Below are positions 1-9,947 of a stretch of 64,000 bases of DNA, in pieces; within the stretch, counting starts at the first letter, position 1; the number at the start of each line of letters is the position of its first letter. Below the pieces are notes generated by a model that was not told where the DNA came from, did no database searches, and saw only the letters and a program-made list of their open reading frames with translations. The stretch is from an uncultured Aquimarina sp. (GTDB taxonomy: Bacteria > Bacteroidota > Bacteroidia > Flavobacteriales > Flavobacteriaceae), in assembly GCA_947496555.1 (NCBI GenBank), contig CANMDH010000027.1, positions 261 through 64,260 of the forward strand, given 5' to 3'. The position numbers and the translations under genes were made by a program.

Positions 1-128
1 GGGCCCATTATCTTTTCCCAAACATCACGCACCGCAACTTTGTCTAATCCCATCTGTAACTTGTTATCGGTTACAAAATCCTTTAGAACTTCACTCAAAC
101 TTTGATGCTCCTGGTGACGCTTTGCCAT
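1..128 (-). CDS. DUF721 / DciA-like protein, 5' part only (runs off the window start)
   Basis: Not in the ORF track. Manual translation from ATG at 128 gives [42 protein letters not shown], which resembles the Bacteroidetes DUF721 N-terminus. TAATG overlap with the upstream gene; close to recF. Confidence 0.7.
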   Translation of the reverse strand, partial: MAKRHQEHQSLSEVLKDFVTDNKLQMGLDKVAVRDVWEKIMG

Positions 129-541
129 TATAAAGAAATCTTTTTGTAAGGTTTATAAAAGTACATATTTCCATCCTCATTTTTGATGATAATCTGATTT
201 TCTTTTGCAGAAATTACCGTCTCTTTCCATTCAGACAAAGGGGTTTTGTAATACATTCTCAAACTGTCATTTTGTACTTCTAATGTAAACAGTTCACTAT
301 CTTTTGTCACTATAAAACTTCCATCTAATTTTGGTTGTACTTTTTTTCGAATTCCAATCGAATCTTTAACTTCAAAGAAATCAACGCTCTGATTAAAATT
401 ATATTCTTTTTTGGTTCCGTCTGGTAAAACTACACGTTCAATTTCCCAATAACCATTTATATATTGCTTGTATTCTTCGGGATTGGCCCTATTACAAGAG
501 ATAAAGGACAATAATGCTATGATGTGAATTATTTTTCTCAT
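128..541 (-). CDS. Small lipoprotein (lipocalin-like beta-barrel family)
   Basis: Lipobox LLSFISC and a GYW motif near the N-terminus; overlaps the recF stop. Confidence 0.65.
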   Translation of the reverse strand: MRKIIHIIALLSFISCNRANPEEYKQYINGYWEIERVVLPDGTKKEYNFNQSVDFFEVKDSIGIRKKVQPKLDGSFIVTKDSELFTLEVQNDSLRMYYKTPLSEWKETVISAKENQIIIKNEDGNMYFYKPYKKISL

Positions 542-1635
542 GTTCCATTATTATTTTCTAATTTAATGATCTTATAGGATTGAGAGATTTTTTTAACAAC
601 TTCTTCTGTGCGATCTGCATGTGTATCGCTTATAAAAAGTTGACCGAAGTTTTTATCATCTACCAATTTTACGATATGTTCAACACGTTTTTCGTCTAAT
701 TTGTCAAAAATATCATCCAGTAAAAGTATTGGGCTTACTTTGCTCTGTTTCTTTATAAAATCAAACTGTGCTAATTTCAAAGCAATTAGAAAAGATTTTT
801 GTTGTCCTTGACTACCAAACTTTTTAATTGGGTATCCATCGATTTCAAAAGATAAATCGTCTTTATGGACTCCTACACTTGTATACTGTAATATTCTATC
901 CTTGGCAAGATTTTGCTCTAATAGGCTTAATAAGTTGTTTTCTGCCAATTTACTTTGGTATGCCAGAGAAACTGTTTCTTCTCCAGAACTGATGGTCTGA
1001 TATCGGTCTAAAAATATTGGAATAAAAGTTTCTAAAAAGTCGGCTCTTCTTTTATAAATAATACTTCCATGTTCATACAGTTGTTCATCATAAATTTTTA
1101 GCTGGGCAGTATCAAAAGTGTTATTGACAGCAAAATATTTTAGTAAGGCGTTACGCTGTGCAACCAGTTTGGTATACTTTAATAAAGTAATAAGATAATT
1201 TTGATCACTTTGCGAAATGACGCCATCAATAAATTTACGACGTGTATCACTTCCTTCAGTAATTAAATCCCGGTCTGCAGGCGAGATAATTACCAATGGA
1301 AGAAAACCAATATGCTCACTAAGGGTGTCATATACTTTTCCATTACGTTTAATAACCTTTTTTTGCCCTCTTTTTGTACTTACAATTACTTTCTCATCGC
1401 GATCATCTTTTTCATAATGTCCGTCAATAACAAAAAAATCAGTACCGTGTCTTATGTTTTGACTAGTAAAAGGGTTGAAGTAACTTTTTCCGAAGGATAA
1501 ATGATAAATGGCATCAAGAATGTTCGTTTTTCCAACCCCATTGTTTCCTACTAAGCAATTTATCTTATCATCAAATTCGAAATTGATGGATTCAAAATTT
1601 TTATAATTGATTAGTGATAGGGATTTTAAAATCAT
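538..1635 (-). CDS. recF: DNA replication/repair protein RecF
   Basis: Walker [15 protein letters not shown], signature GSQGQQKS, Walker [13 protein letters not shown]; 365 aa. Confidence 0.96.
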   Translation of the reverse strand: MILKSLSLINYKNFESINFEFDDKINCLVGNNGVGKTNILDAIYHLSFGKSYFNPFTSQNIRHGTDFFVIDGHYEKDDRDEKVIVSTKRGQKKVIKRNGKVYDTLSEHIGFLPLVIISPADRDLITEGSDTRRKFIDGVISQSDQNYLITLLKYTKLVAQRNALLKYFAVNNTFDTAQLKIYDEQLYEHGSIIYKRRADFLETFIPIFLDRYQTISSGEETVSLAYQSKLAENNLLSLLEQNLAKDRILQYTSVGVHKDDLSFEIDGYPIKKFGSQGQQKSFLIALKLAQFDFIKKQSKVSPILLLDDIFDKLDEKRVEHIVKLVDDKNFGQLFISDTHADRTEEVVKKISQSYKIIKLENNNGT

Positions 1636-1743
1636 AAAACACTGATGATCAAGGGATCGTAACTTTAATAAAATTCGTAATTAATCTGTGCAAATTATTG
1701 AAAAATAATAAATAGTTGTGCTTTTAATTATGAATAAAAATTT

Positions 1744-1751
1744 TATTTTTG
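1744..1751 (+). promoter_or_regulatory. Bacteroidetes -7 promoter box TATTTTTG for the TPR-ribH unit
   Basis: Matches TAnnTTTG, 20 nt upstream of ATG 1772. Confidence 0.55.
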
Positions 1752-1771
1752 CCCTTCATTAAAGAAAATTT

Positions 1772-2545
1772 ATGGCAACTTACAAGAAACGAGGATACAA
1801 ACCAAAAAATAAAGCTGAAGAAGGTGAGCAGATTGAAGACAGTTCAACAACAGCAGAGGTATTTAATACCTTAGACGAGGGAGCTTCCAGAACTGAAGAA
1901 TGGGTTGCGGCTAATCAAAAATATATACTTGGTGCGGTTGGATTGATCGCAATTGTAATATTAGGATACCTTGGATTCCAGAAATTCATTCAGGAACCAA
2001 AAGAGCAGGAAGCAGCAAATGAGATGTTCCAGGCTCAACAATATTTTGATAATGCAGTTAATGGCAATTCTGTTGTTCGTGATTCTTTATATACACTTGC
2101 CCTTAACGGAGGTGAAGGGAAATACGGATTTTTAGAGATTATAGAAAACTATGGTGGTACCAAAGCAGGTAATCTGGCTAACTACTATGCCGGTTTCTCT
2201 TATCTTAATATGAAGAAGTACCAAGAAGCAATTACATATCTTGATGATTTCAGGAGCGATGATGAAATGTTGGGTCCTTTGGCCTTAGGAGGTATTGGTG
2301 ATGCTTTTTCACAATTAAATCAAGTGGATGAAGCATTGGGATACTATGAAAAAGCTGTAAAAGCAAAAACCAACGAGTTTACGACACCGAAGTTTTTGCT
2401 TAAAGCCGCAATTACAGCATTATCACTAAACAAGCCCGAAACTGCCATACCATACCTAGAGCGTATTAAAGAAGAGTTTCCTAAAAGCGTAGAAGCGAAC
2501 CAGGTTGATGTACATTTAGGTCAAGCACAAGCTATGCAGAAATAA
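1772..2545 (+). CDS. Membrane-anchored TPR protein (YfgM-like)
   Basis: One TM helix (ILGAVGLIAIVILGYLGF) followed by TPR helices; typical neighbour of ribH in Bacteroidetes. Confidence 0.85.
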   Translation: MATYKKRGYKPKNKAEEGEQIEDSSTTAEVFNTLDEGASRTEEWVAANQKYILGAVGLIAIVILGYLGFQKFIQEPKEQEAANEMFQAQQYFDNAVNGNSVVRDSLYTLALNGGEGKYGFLEIIENYGGTKAGNLANYYAGFSYLNMKKYQEAITYLDDFRSDDEMLGPLALGGIGDAFSQLNQVDEALGYYEKAVKAKTNEFTTPKFLLKAAITALSLNKPETAIPYLERIKEEFPKSVEANQVDVHLGQAQAMQK

Positions 2546-2550
2546 ATTCA

Positions 2551-2610
2551 GAGTTCGGAGTTAAGAGTTAAGGGCTTTTATTCATCACTCATAACTCAAA
2601 ACTCATAACT
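2551..2610. repeat. Inverted heptamer tandem repeats (GAGTTnn x3 / ACTCAnA x3)
   Basis: GAGTTCG-GAGTTAA-GAGTTAA at 2551-2571 and ACTCATA-ACTCAAA-ACTCATA-ACT at 2587-2610; the arms are imperfectly complementary. Confidence 0.75.
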
Positions 2611-2618
2611 TTTGAAAG

Positions 2619-3125
2619 ATGGCAACAGAGAATAAAAATTTATCACAATACGATAAGACGACAATCCCAGACGCGAAGAATTTTCGGTTTGGGATTGTTG
2701 TTTCAGAATGGAATGAAACTATTACCCAAGGACTGTTTCAAGGAGCATTTGATGCGTTGATTGATTGTGGTGCGATTAAAGAAAATATTGTACGATGGAA
2801 TGTTCCAGGTAGTTTTGAGTTGATATATGGGTGTAAAAAGATGCTCGAATCTTTTGATATGCTTGATGCTGTTATCGTAGTGGGTTGCGTGATACAAGGA
2901 GAAACAAAACATTTTGATTTTGTCTGCGAAGGTGTGACTCAAGGGATAAAAGATTTGAATATCCAAAATGATATCCCAGTCATTTTTTGTGTGCTTACAG
3001 ATAATACCATGCAGCAATCGATAGATCGTTCTGGAGGGAAACATGGTAATAAGGGAACCGAAGCCGCCATTGCAGCAATAAAAATGGCGCAACTGCGCAA
3101 AGATGCTAAGTTTTATAAACCATAG
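2619..3125 (+). CDS. ribH: 6,7-dimethyl-8-ribityllumazine synthase
   Basis: Motifs VVSEWN, VPGSFEL, VIQGETKHFDFVC, GGKHGNKG. Confidence 0.96.
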   Translation: MATENKNLSQYDKTTIPDAKNFRFGIVVSEWNETITQGLFQGAFDALIDCGAIKENIVRWNVPGSFELIYGCKKMLESFDMLDAVIVVGCVIQGETKHFDFVCEGVTQGIKDLNIQNDIPVIFCVLTDNTMQQSIDRSGGKHGNKGTEAAIAAIKMAQLRKDAKFYKP

Positions 3126-3236
3126 GTTTACAGACAAAAAAATCCAAAAGCTATAAAACCCTGTTAATATTTTCATGTTATTGTAATGCTAAAAGCTTTA
3201 CATTGCAATACATTTTTAAGTACCTTTGGGTTAATT

Positions 3237-3527
3237 ATGGGAATTTTCAAGACAAGAAAAAATAAAAAGTTTAGTTATTCACCTCGTTATTGGGATGATA
3301 AGGGAGAAGGAAATCCCTATCAAATGGAACATAAGTTTGATAAGTTCCGTACAACGGTAGGAAAAAATAATGGTTTTAAAAACAAGTTTAATAAGGCTTG
3401 GGATGATTTAAAGCAGGGTGCTGATCGAAAAGTGAACCTGAGAATTTTATGGATTTTTCTAGTACTACTATTTATTTTTTTATATCTCATAGATTTTGAT
3501 TTATCCATATTCTTTACCCGTTCTTGA
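3237..3527 (+). CDS. Small conserved Flavobacteriaceae membrane protein
   Basis: Start moved to ATG 3237 (MGIFKTRKNKKFSYSPRY) because a TACCTTTG -7 box lies at 3221-3228; C-terminal TM helix. Confidence 0.7.
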   Translation: MGIFKTRKNKKFSYSPRYWDDKGEGNPYQMEHKFDKFRTTVGKNNGFKNKFNKAWDDLKQGADRKVNLRILWIFLVLLFIFLYLIDFDLSIFFTRS

Positions 3528-5398
3528 TGTCTGATATTATACAGCTGTTACCCGATCATGTTGCTAATCAAATTGCTGCCGGAGAGGTTGTTCAAAGACC
3601 TGCTTCAGTAGTAAAAGAATTATTAGAAAATGCTATTGATGCAAAAGCAACAACCATAAAATTAGTAATTAAAGAAGCTGGTAAAACGCTTATTCAGGTA
3701 ACAGATGATGGTGTAGGCATGAGTGTTACCGACGCCAGACTAAGTTTTGAACGTCATGCTACTTCAAAAATAAAAAATGCAGAAGATCTTTTTGAGCTTA
3801 ATACCAAAGGTTTTAGAGGAGAGGCCTTGGCTTCTATCGCCGCAATTGCTCATGTAGAATTAAAAACCAAGCAAGAGAATGATGAAGTAGGTACCGAAAT
3901 TAAAATCGAGGGTAGTGAAGTGATTTCTCAAGAGGTCTGCGCCACCTCCAAAGGAACTTCTATTAGCGTAAAAAACCTATTCTATAATATTCCGGCGCGA
4001 CGTAATTTTTTAAAATCTAATGCAGTAGAATTACGACATATTATTGATGAGTTTCATCGCGTAGCTATGGCACATGCTAACATACGATTCGATATGTATC
4101 ACAATGGAAGTGAAGTTTTTAATCTACCTGTTTCTAATGATCGACAACGGATCGTTAATATTTTTGGTGGAAAAACCAATGAAAAACTTGTGCCGATCAA
4201 GGAAGAAACAGATTTAGTGACTGTGAATGGTTTTGTAGGGAAACCCGAATATGCTAAAAGAACACGGGGAGAACAATTTTTCTTTGTGAACAATAGATTT
4301 ATAAAGAGCCCTTACCTAAACCATGCGGTCAATGCTTCTTTTGAAGGGTTATTGAAGGATAAAGCACACCCTAGTTATTTTATTTATCTGCAGGTAGATC
4401 CTAAATCTATAGATATTAATATTCATCCAACTAAAACTGAAATTAAATTCGAAGATGAGCATGCACTGTATGCAATATTACGTTCTACTATAAAGCATAG
4501 TCTGGGGCAATTTAATGTAGCACCTGTCTTGGATTTTAACCGGGATGCTTCTATGGATACCCCCTATGAATATAAAAGTAAGCAAGCGCAGGCTCCTACA
4601 ATAGAGGTAGACCGAAGTTTTAACCCATTTAAAGAAGAAAAGAAGGGTTCTGGAAGTTCAGGTAAGAGTTATACTTCTTCATATAAAAAGGAATCTGCAG
4701 GAAGTTGGGAAAATCTATATGTTGGATTAGAATCAGAAATTAAGACTCCCAAACCAGAAGAAAATGAGTTTTCTACGGTTGAGTTTGAAAGTACAGAGGT
4801 AACAGGGTCGTTGTTTGAATCTGATGATAAAAAAGTTGCGCATCATACTACCTATCAACTGAAGAGAAAATATATAGTAACTACCATCAAAAGTGGAATG
4901 GTAATTATTAACCAACATAGAGCTCATCAAAGGATCTTGTACGAAGAACTACTGCGTAGTATCACCATGGCAAGTGCCGTAAGTCAACAGTTATTATTTC
5001 CATTAAAACTCTCATTTTCTAAAAAAGAATTAGCTTTGTTAGACACGGTAAAAGAGCAACTTCAAAATACAGGATTTGTGTTTGGAGAACAGCATGTAGG
5101 TGAGATTGAGATCACCGGAATACCTTCGGTAGTAGCAGAGAAAGAGGTTTCGACCTTGCTAGAACAGTTGCTTAGTGACCTTGAAAATGAGGTACCAGAC
5201 AGTGGGTTTTCTCAAACAGATCTTTTGGCAAAATCTATTTCCAAGAGCATAGCAATACGTACTGGAGTAGAACTGGCCCCAGAACAACAACAATATATGG
5301 CCAATAGTCTTTTTGCCTGTACAGAGCCTACCGTAACACCAGATAATAAGCCGACTTTCATCACGTTAACAGTAGATGAGATCGATAAGAAATTTTAA
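3524..5398 (+). CDS. mutL: DNA mismatch repair endonuclease MutL
   Basis: ANQIAAGEVVQRPASVVKELLENAIDA, GFRGEALASI, C-terminal QHRAHQRILYE. True start is probably ATG 3527. Confidence 0.97.
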   Translation: MMSDIIQLLPDHVANQIAAGEVVQRPASVVKELLENAIDAKATTIKLVIKEAGKTLIQVTDDGVGMSVTDARLSFERHATSKIKNAEDLFELNTKGFRGEALASIAAIAHVELKTKQENDEVGTEIKIEGSEVISQEVCATSKGTSISVKNLFYNIPARRNFLKSNAVELRHIIDEFHRVAMAHANIRFDMYHNGSEVFNLPVSNDRQRIVNIFGGKTNEKLVPIKEETDLVTVNGFVGKPEYAKRTRGEQFFFVNNRFIKSPYLNHAVNASFEGLLKDKAHPSYFIYLQVDPKSIDINIHPTKTEIKFEDEHALYAILRSTIKHSLGQFNVAPVLDFNRDASMDTPYEYKSKQAQAPTIEVDRSFNPFKEEKKGSGSSGKSYTSSYKKESAGSWENLYVGLESEIKTPKPEENEFSTVEFESTEVTGSLFESDDKKVAHHTTYQLKRKYIVTTIKSGMVIINQHRAHQRILYEELLRSITMASAVSQQLLFPLKLSFSKKELALLDTVKEQLQNTGFVFGEQHVGEIEITGIPSVVAEKEVSTLLEQLLSDLENEVPDSGFSQTDLLAKSISKSIAIRTGVELAPEQQQYMANSLFACTEPTVTPDNKPTFITLTVDEIDKKF

Positions 5399-5406
5399 AA
5401 GTATAG

Positions 5407-6147
5407 ATGGGGAGAATTACAGAAACAGTTAAGGTTTTATTGATCATCAATGTTATATTCTTTATAGGAGCAACCTCATTAGGAGGTAAAGCCTTCGAGT
5501 GGTTTGCTTTATGGTTTCCTAAAAATGAAAATTTCCAGATATGGCAGATCGTTAGCCATATGTTTATGCATGGAGGTACAGGACATATCTTCTTTAATAT
5601 GTTTGCTTTATATATGTTTGGGAGTCATCTCGAAACCTCGATAGGGAAAAATAAATTTCTTTTTATTTACTTCTTCTCAGGTTTGGGAGCAGTTGGTTTT
5701 CAGATTTTATTTACATATTTTCAGTTTAATCCAGGATATCAGGCTTTACTGGAACAAGGATATACAGACTCCCAAATATTTTCTTTCATCAAAAATAGTT
5801 ATGCTACTGAACAATATTTGTCTTATCCGAAAGAGCTTTATAATTTGGTAGATTCTTATATTTCTCCAATGGTTGGAGCTTCGGGTGCTATCTTTGGTGT
5901 TTTAGCGGCTTTTGCTGTATTATTTCCAAACTTACCTTTGTATATTATATTTATTCCTATCCCGATTAAGGCAAAATATTTAATAGGAGGGTATTTCTTA
6001 TTAGATTTATATGGAGGTATTACAGGACAGGCAATTTTGGGACCATCCAATGTTGCGCATTGGGCACATATTGGTGGAGCTGTGATTGGCTTTATAACAA
6101 TGTGGTACTGGAAAAAGAATTCGTTTAATCAGCATCGTTGGTATTAA
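5407..6147 (+). CDS. Rhomboid family intramembrane serine protease
   Basis: HMFMHG...HIFFNM, catalytic GASG, AHWAHIGG. Confidence 0.92.
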   Translation: MGRITETVKVLLIINVIFFIGATSLGGKAFEWFALWFPKNENFQIWQIVSHMFMHGGTGHIFFNMFALYMFGSHLETSIGKNKFLFIYFFSGLGAVGFQILFTYFQFNPGYQALLEQGYTDSQIFSFIKNSYATEQYLSYPKELYNLVDSYISPMVGASGAIFGVLAAFAVLFPNLPLYIIFIPIPIKAKYLIGGYFLLDLYGGITGQAILGPSNVAHWAHIGGAVIGFITMWYWKKNSFNQHRWY

Positions 6148-6148
6148 C

Positions 6149-7039
6149 ATGGCAACTAGTAATCTTACATATCAGTTTAAAACAGCTAATATTATTATTA
6201 AGCTTATTGTAGTTAATGTAGCGTTATTTCTATTCGCTACTTTGGGATCTTGGATATTTAAATCTAGCCCAGGAGCTTTGATGAGTTGGTTTGTATTGCC
6301 AGTTGATCTGGGATCATTGCTTGTACAGTTTTGGAGCGTACTTACCTACAGTTTTTTACATTTTGATTTCTGGCATATCTTCTGGAACATGCTAGTGCTA
6401 TATTGGTTTGGGCCTTATGTTTTAAATCTATTTACCGAAAAACGCTTTCTTACTATTTATTTATTAGGTGCTATTTGTGGCGGTTTACTTTTTGTATCAG
6501 CATACAATGTTTTTCCTGTATTGTCTGGATCTTTGGCTTATTTAATTGGTGCTTCGGCTGCTGTTAGAGCAATTATGATCTTTATTGCGGCATATACACC
6601 AAATGCCGAAGTGCGTATTATTTTCTTTAATGTCAAGTTGTGGCAAATAGGATTATTTGTAGTATTGTCTGATCTGATACAGATTCCTACTTCTGGTAAT
6701 GCTGGGGGACTAATTGCCCATATGGGTGGTGCGATTTTTGGATACTTTTATGCGATTCAACTTAAAAAGGGAAGCGATATTGGTGCCTGGTTCGAAAAAT
6801 TAATGGATGCTTTTGCAAATGTGTTTAAACCCAAAAAGAAGAGCCCTTTAAAAACAGTGCATAAATCCAAAACCTATAAAAAACCTCGAAGGAAAACAAC
6901 TACTTCAACAACCAAAAAAACTGTAAAGACACCTAACCAGGAACAAATTGATGCTATTCTAGATAAAATTAGTAAGAGTGGATATGATAGCTTAACCAAA
7001 GAAGAAAAAGACTTTTTGTTTAAAGCAGGTAAGGAATAG
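6149..7039 (+). CDS. Rhomboid family protease with C-terminal DUF6576-like tail
   Basis: HIFWNM, GASAA, AHMGG; tail IDAILDKISKSGYDSLTKEEK. Confidence 0.9.
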   Translation: MATSNLTYQFKTANIIIKLIVVNVALFLFATLGSWIFKSSPGALMSWFVLPVDLGSLLVQFWSVLTYSFLHFDFWHIFWNMLVLYWFGPYVLNLFTEKRFLTIYLLGAICGGLLFVSAYNVFPVLSGSLAYLIGASAAVRAIMIFIAAYTPNAEVRIIFFNVKLWQIGLFVVLSDLIQIPTSGNAGGLIAHMGGAIFGYFYAIQLKKGSDIGAWFEKLMDAFANVFKPKKKSPLKTVHKSKTYKKPRRKTTTSTTKKTVKTPNQEQIDAILDKISKSGYDSLTKEEKDFLFKAGKE

Positions 7040-7047
7040 GTTTTGAT

Positions 7048-8067
7048 ATGGGTAAACTCGTTAATAAGATTATATTTTTGATAAATTCTGTAGTTGCTTT
7101 TGCACTATTGTTATCATATTTATTGCCTTATGTGTCTCCAAAAACGTTCCCTTTATTATCGGTTTTAAGTTTAACTGTACCTATTTTCATAATCATCAAC
7201 CTTATTTTTCTTGTTTATTGGATTATTTTATTGAATAAAAGATTAATTCTTTCCTTAGCAGTATTGATTCTAGGATTTTCTCATGTTTCTTCATTGTATA
7301 AGTTAGGAGGTAAATCATCTGATGAAAATGAGGATTCTCTAACATTATTCAGTTATAACGTACGTAGTTTTAATCGTTTTGACTGGATTGAACCTGGTAA
7401 TATCCCTAAGGATATATCGACTTTGATTAAAAAACAAAACCCTGATATATTTTGCGCCCAGGAGTATTATAATAATCCAGATACAGATTTTAGTCAGTAT
7501 CCTTATAAGTACGAAAAATTTAATAATAATAATGGAGAATTGGCATTGGTCATTTTTTCAAAGTTTCCTTTTATCAATAAAGGATCATTGGATTTTAAGA
7601 AAACAGCAAACAATATTATATTTTCAGATGTTGTTTTAAAAAATGATACAATTCGAGTATATAATGTGCACCTGCAATCCCATAAAATAAGTTCTATTAC
7701 CAATAATGGGCTGTCTGATGAAAATTCTGAGAAATTGCTGAAAAGAGTGCAAGTTTCGTTTGAAAGACAGCAGGAACAGGCAGAAATGTTGATAAAACAT
7801 ATGAATGCATCGCCTTATAAAAATATTCTTATGGGCGATTTTAATAATACTGCATATTCTTATGTATATAATAAGATTACTTCTGAAGATTTGCAGGACA
7901 CCTTTAAAAAAGCGGGTAGTGGATTCGGTAAGACTTTTGAATTTGACCTGTTTCCGTTGCGAATAGATTTTATTTTGGTACCTGAAGATTTTGAAGTTTT
8001 AGAGTTTAAGAACTTTGATTTAGAGCTATCAGATCACTATCCAATATTTTCAAAAGTAAAACTGTAA
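7048..8067 (+). CDS. Endonuclease/exonuclease/phosphatase family protein, membrane-anchored
   Basis: Three N-terminal TMs; SYNV, AQE, MGDFN, RIDFI and SDHYP motifs. Confidence 0.9.
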   Translation: MGKLVNKIIFLINSVVAFALLLSYLLPYVSPKTFPLLSVLSLTVPIFIIINLIFLVYWIILLNKRLILSLAVLILGFSHVSSLYKLGGKSSDENEDSLTLFSYNVRSFNRFDWIEPGNIPKDISTLIKKQNPDIFCAQEYYNNPDTDFSQYPYKYEKFNNNNGELALVIFSKFPFINKGSLDFKKTANNIIFSDVVLKNDTIRVYNVHLQSHKISSITNNGLSDENSEKLLKRVQVSFERQQEQAEMLIKHMNASPYKNILMGDFNNTAYSYVYNKITSEDLQDTFKKAGSGFGKTFEFDLFPLRIDFILVPEDFEVLEFKNFDLELSDHYPIFSKVKL

Positions 8068-8151
8068 ATTGGTTATATAACAAGGGTATATTTCGTTTTT
8101 ACTATTGCATGTAATTAGAACGAAGTATCATTTTATATGATTTCTACAGTA

Positions 8152-8922
8152 TTACTCCTCTTCCAAACGGACAGCTTTGTTGGCCATTTTCTTTTCCCAA
8201 TCTTTGGAAAAAATGGCGTGACCGTTTTTTGTCATTAGCCGCATTTTTTCTTTTGTAGCTTCTTGTACCTTCATAGGTAAAGCATAAAACTTTTTGTTGA
8301 TTTTGGTAAGCCTTCCATCATCTATTTCGCTATTCTGGTGTTTGATCGAAACTCTTTTTCCTCGATAATATACCATAATTTTCACTCGGCTATCCAAATA
8401 CAAATTCTGACCCGTAGCCCCATAAACTAATATAGGATCTACCATGCCGTCATTATCAAGGTCTGATAATTCTGAATATCTGTTCCAAAAACCAATAGAG
8501 GTTTCCCAATCTTTATCTATTTCGTCTGTAACAGTAGATTTCTTTTTTAATTGATTATTCTTGTTGGTAATATTTAATGCGTATATGTTATCGTATAGGG
8601 TGTCTTTTTCTTCATTTATTGCTTTCATGTGATCGGTTAGTACCAGATAATTTTCTCCGGATTCATCCTTATAAGAATATACTTGATAAACAGTATTTGA
8701 AATACCTAATTGATTTTGTTTTCTTCTTGTAAAAATTGATGCAATCTCTTTTTTAGAAAGCCTACTTACAAATTGTGAATCTATAGGTATAGGATAGTGT
8801 TTTTGTATAGGTACTACTGGGATAGAATCCTGTTTGGTTGCCTGTTGATCAGTATTGTTTTTTGATTGTTTTCCACAAGAAATTAAGGTGAAAAGGACGA
8901 TTAAAAGTAGAAATCTATTCAT
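8152..8922 (-). CDS. Lipoprotein, probable M949_RS01915-like family
   Basis: Lipobox TLISC; DLDNDGMVD motif. Family recognised from memory only. Confidence 0.5.
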   Translation of the reverse strand: MNRFLLLIVLFTLISCGKQSKNNTDQQATKQDSIPVVPIQKHYPIPIDSQFVSRLSKKEIASIFTRRKQNQLGISNTVYQVYSYKDESGENYLVLTDHMKAINEEKDTLYDNIYALNITNKNNQLKKKSTVTDEIDKDWETSIGFWNRYSELSDLDNDGMVDPILVYGATGQNLYLDSRVKIMVYYRGKRVSIKHQNSEIDDGRLTKINKKFYALPMKVQEATKEKMRLMTKNGHAIFSKDWEKKMANKAVRLEEE

Positions 8923-9001
8923 AGTATTACGGGGTTGAAAATTAAGTGTATAAGCACTGGTTTTGTAATAAATGTAAAAAATATTTTATTAATGAGTAGA
9001 T

Positions 9002-9310
9002 TTACATCATCCAACAGTCTAGTTGATCGGTAATAATATGCCATAATAACGCTATGCCAACAACTCTAAACTTTGGAAAGAATAGTAGAACAACATACCC
9101 TACAATAGCATAATTACTGTGTAATGGATGAAAGTTAATGCTGCAGCGATTAGCATCAAAAATTGGGGTAGTGAGTAGGTGGTCTAAATCAATGAACATT
9201 GCTGCCAAAAAAATGAGGTATACTTTTTTCCACTGCTTTGGAAAGAAAATAAAGGCAATACATAAAGGAATTATAAGATGGAGCCCATAATGAATACTAG
9301 GTCGAATCAT
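9002..9310 (-). CDS. DUF6122-like small membrane protein
   Basis: IDLDHLL...RCSINFHPLHS motif; hydrophobic. Confidence 0.7.
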   Translation of the reverse strand: MIRPSIHYGLHLIIPLCIAFIFFPKQWKKVYLIFLAAMFIDLDHLLTTPIFDANRCSINFHPLHSNYAIVGYVVLLFFPKFRVVGIALLWHIITDQLDCWMM

Positions 9311-9933
9311 TAGAAAATTGATTGATTTTCAAGATACGTCAATGCATTGGTGCCTTCATTAAATAATAAATCAAGAATAGAAAGATTGGGAATAAAACCA
9401 TGTTTTTCTGTAAATACCTGGGTATAAGATTCCAGATCATGGTTTTTTTCCTTTTTGGCATTGATCAACGCCCTTAGGTCAATTACATCTTCTGGTTCTT
9501 TGATAAACTCTTTAGTTTTAGAAAAAGATAGATCCAATTGAAGACAATCATTGATAGCTTGCATACATTCATAATTGAAGTCTAGTAGGAATTCTCTCTT
9601 TTTTTCAAATAAATGTATAAGTTCATCTTCATAATACTCAAAAAAAGGAGAGGTCCTATAGGCAGTTTCTAACGATCTCCAGTGCAAGGTTTGCCACTCA
9701 AAGTCATTTTCTATACGAACATCTTTATAAAGTTGTCTTCCCTTTTTACCGGTATGTTTTATTGGGATAGTAAGCAATAGCTTACCGTTGGCACCATAAA
9801 TATAGGTACGGTTTCTATAGGTTTGTTTTTGATAATTGTCTTCGTTTTCAAAAATAATGATCTCAGATTGAGCTATAGCTACATATTGTGCTATAGATCC
9901 AAAATACATGGGATGTAATAAAGTAGATTTCAA
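9310..9933 (-). CDS. WbqC family protein
   Basis: YQKQTYRNR, AYRTSPFFEYY, LSILDLLFNEG. Confidence 0.85.
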   Translation of the reverse strand: MKSTLLHPMYFGSIAQYVAIAQSEIIIFENEDNYQKQTYRNRTYIYGANGKLLLTIPIKHTGKKGRQLYKDVRIENDFEWQTLHWRSLETAYRTSPFFEYYEDELIHLFEKKREFLLDFNYECMQAINDCLQLDLSFSKTKEFIKEPEDVIDLRALINAKKEKNHDLESYTQVFTEKHGFIPNLSILDLLFNEGTNALTYLENQSIF

Positions 9934-9947
9934 TGTGAAATTTGATA

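Noticed and set aside
2546..2618. FMN riboswitch or CRISPR upstream of ribH
   Set aside because: Only 73 bp, no FMN aptamer motifs; 7-bp units without spacers and no cas genes.
2703..3176. 157-aa - strand ORF, and similar short ORFs such as 10146-10613, 14929-15333, 25346-25771, 34195-34605 and 42927-43487
   Set aside because: Antisense or out-of-frame overlaps with well-supported genes; no recognisable features.
5407..7039. Tandem rhomboid genes as a novelty
   Set aside because: The mutL-rhomboid-rhomboid-EEP order is a common Bacteroidetes arrangement.
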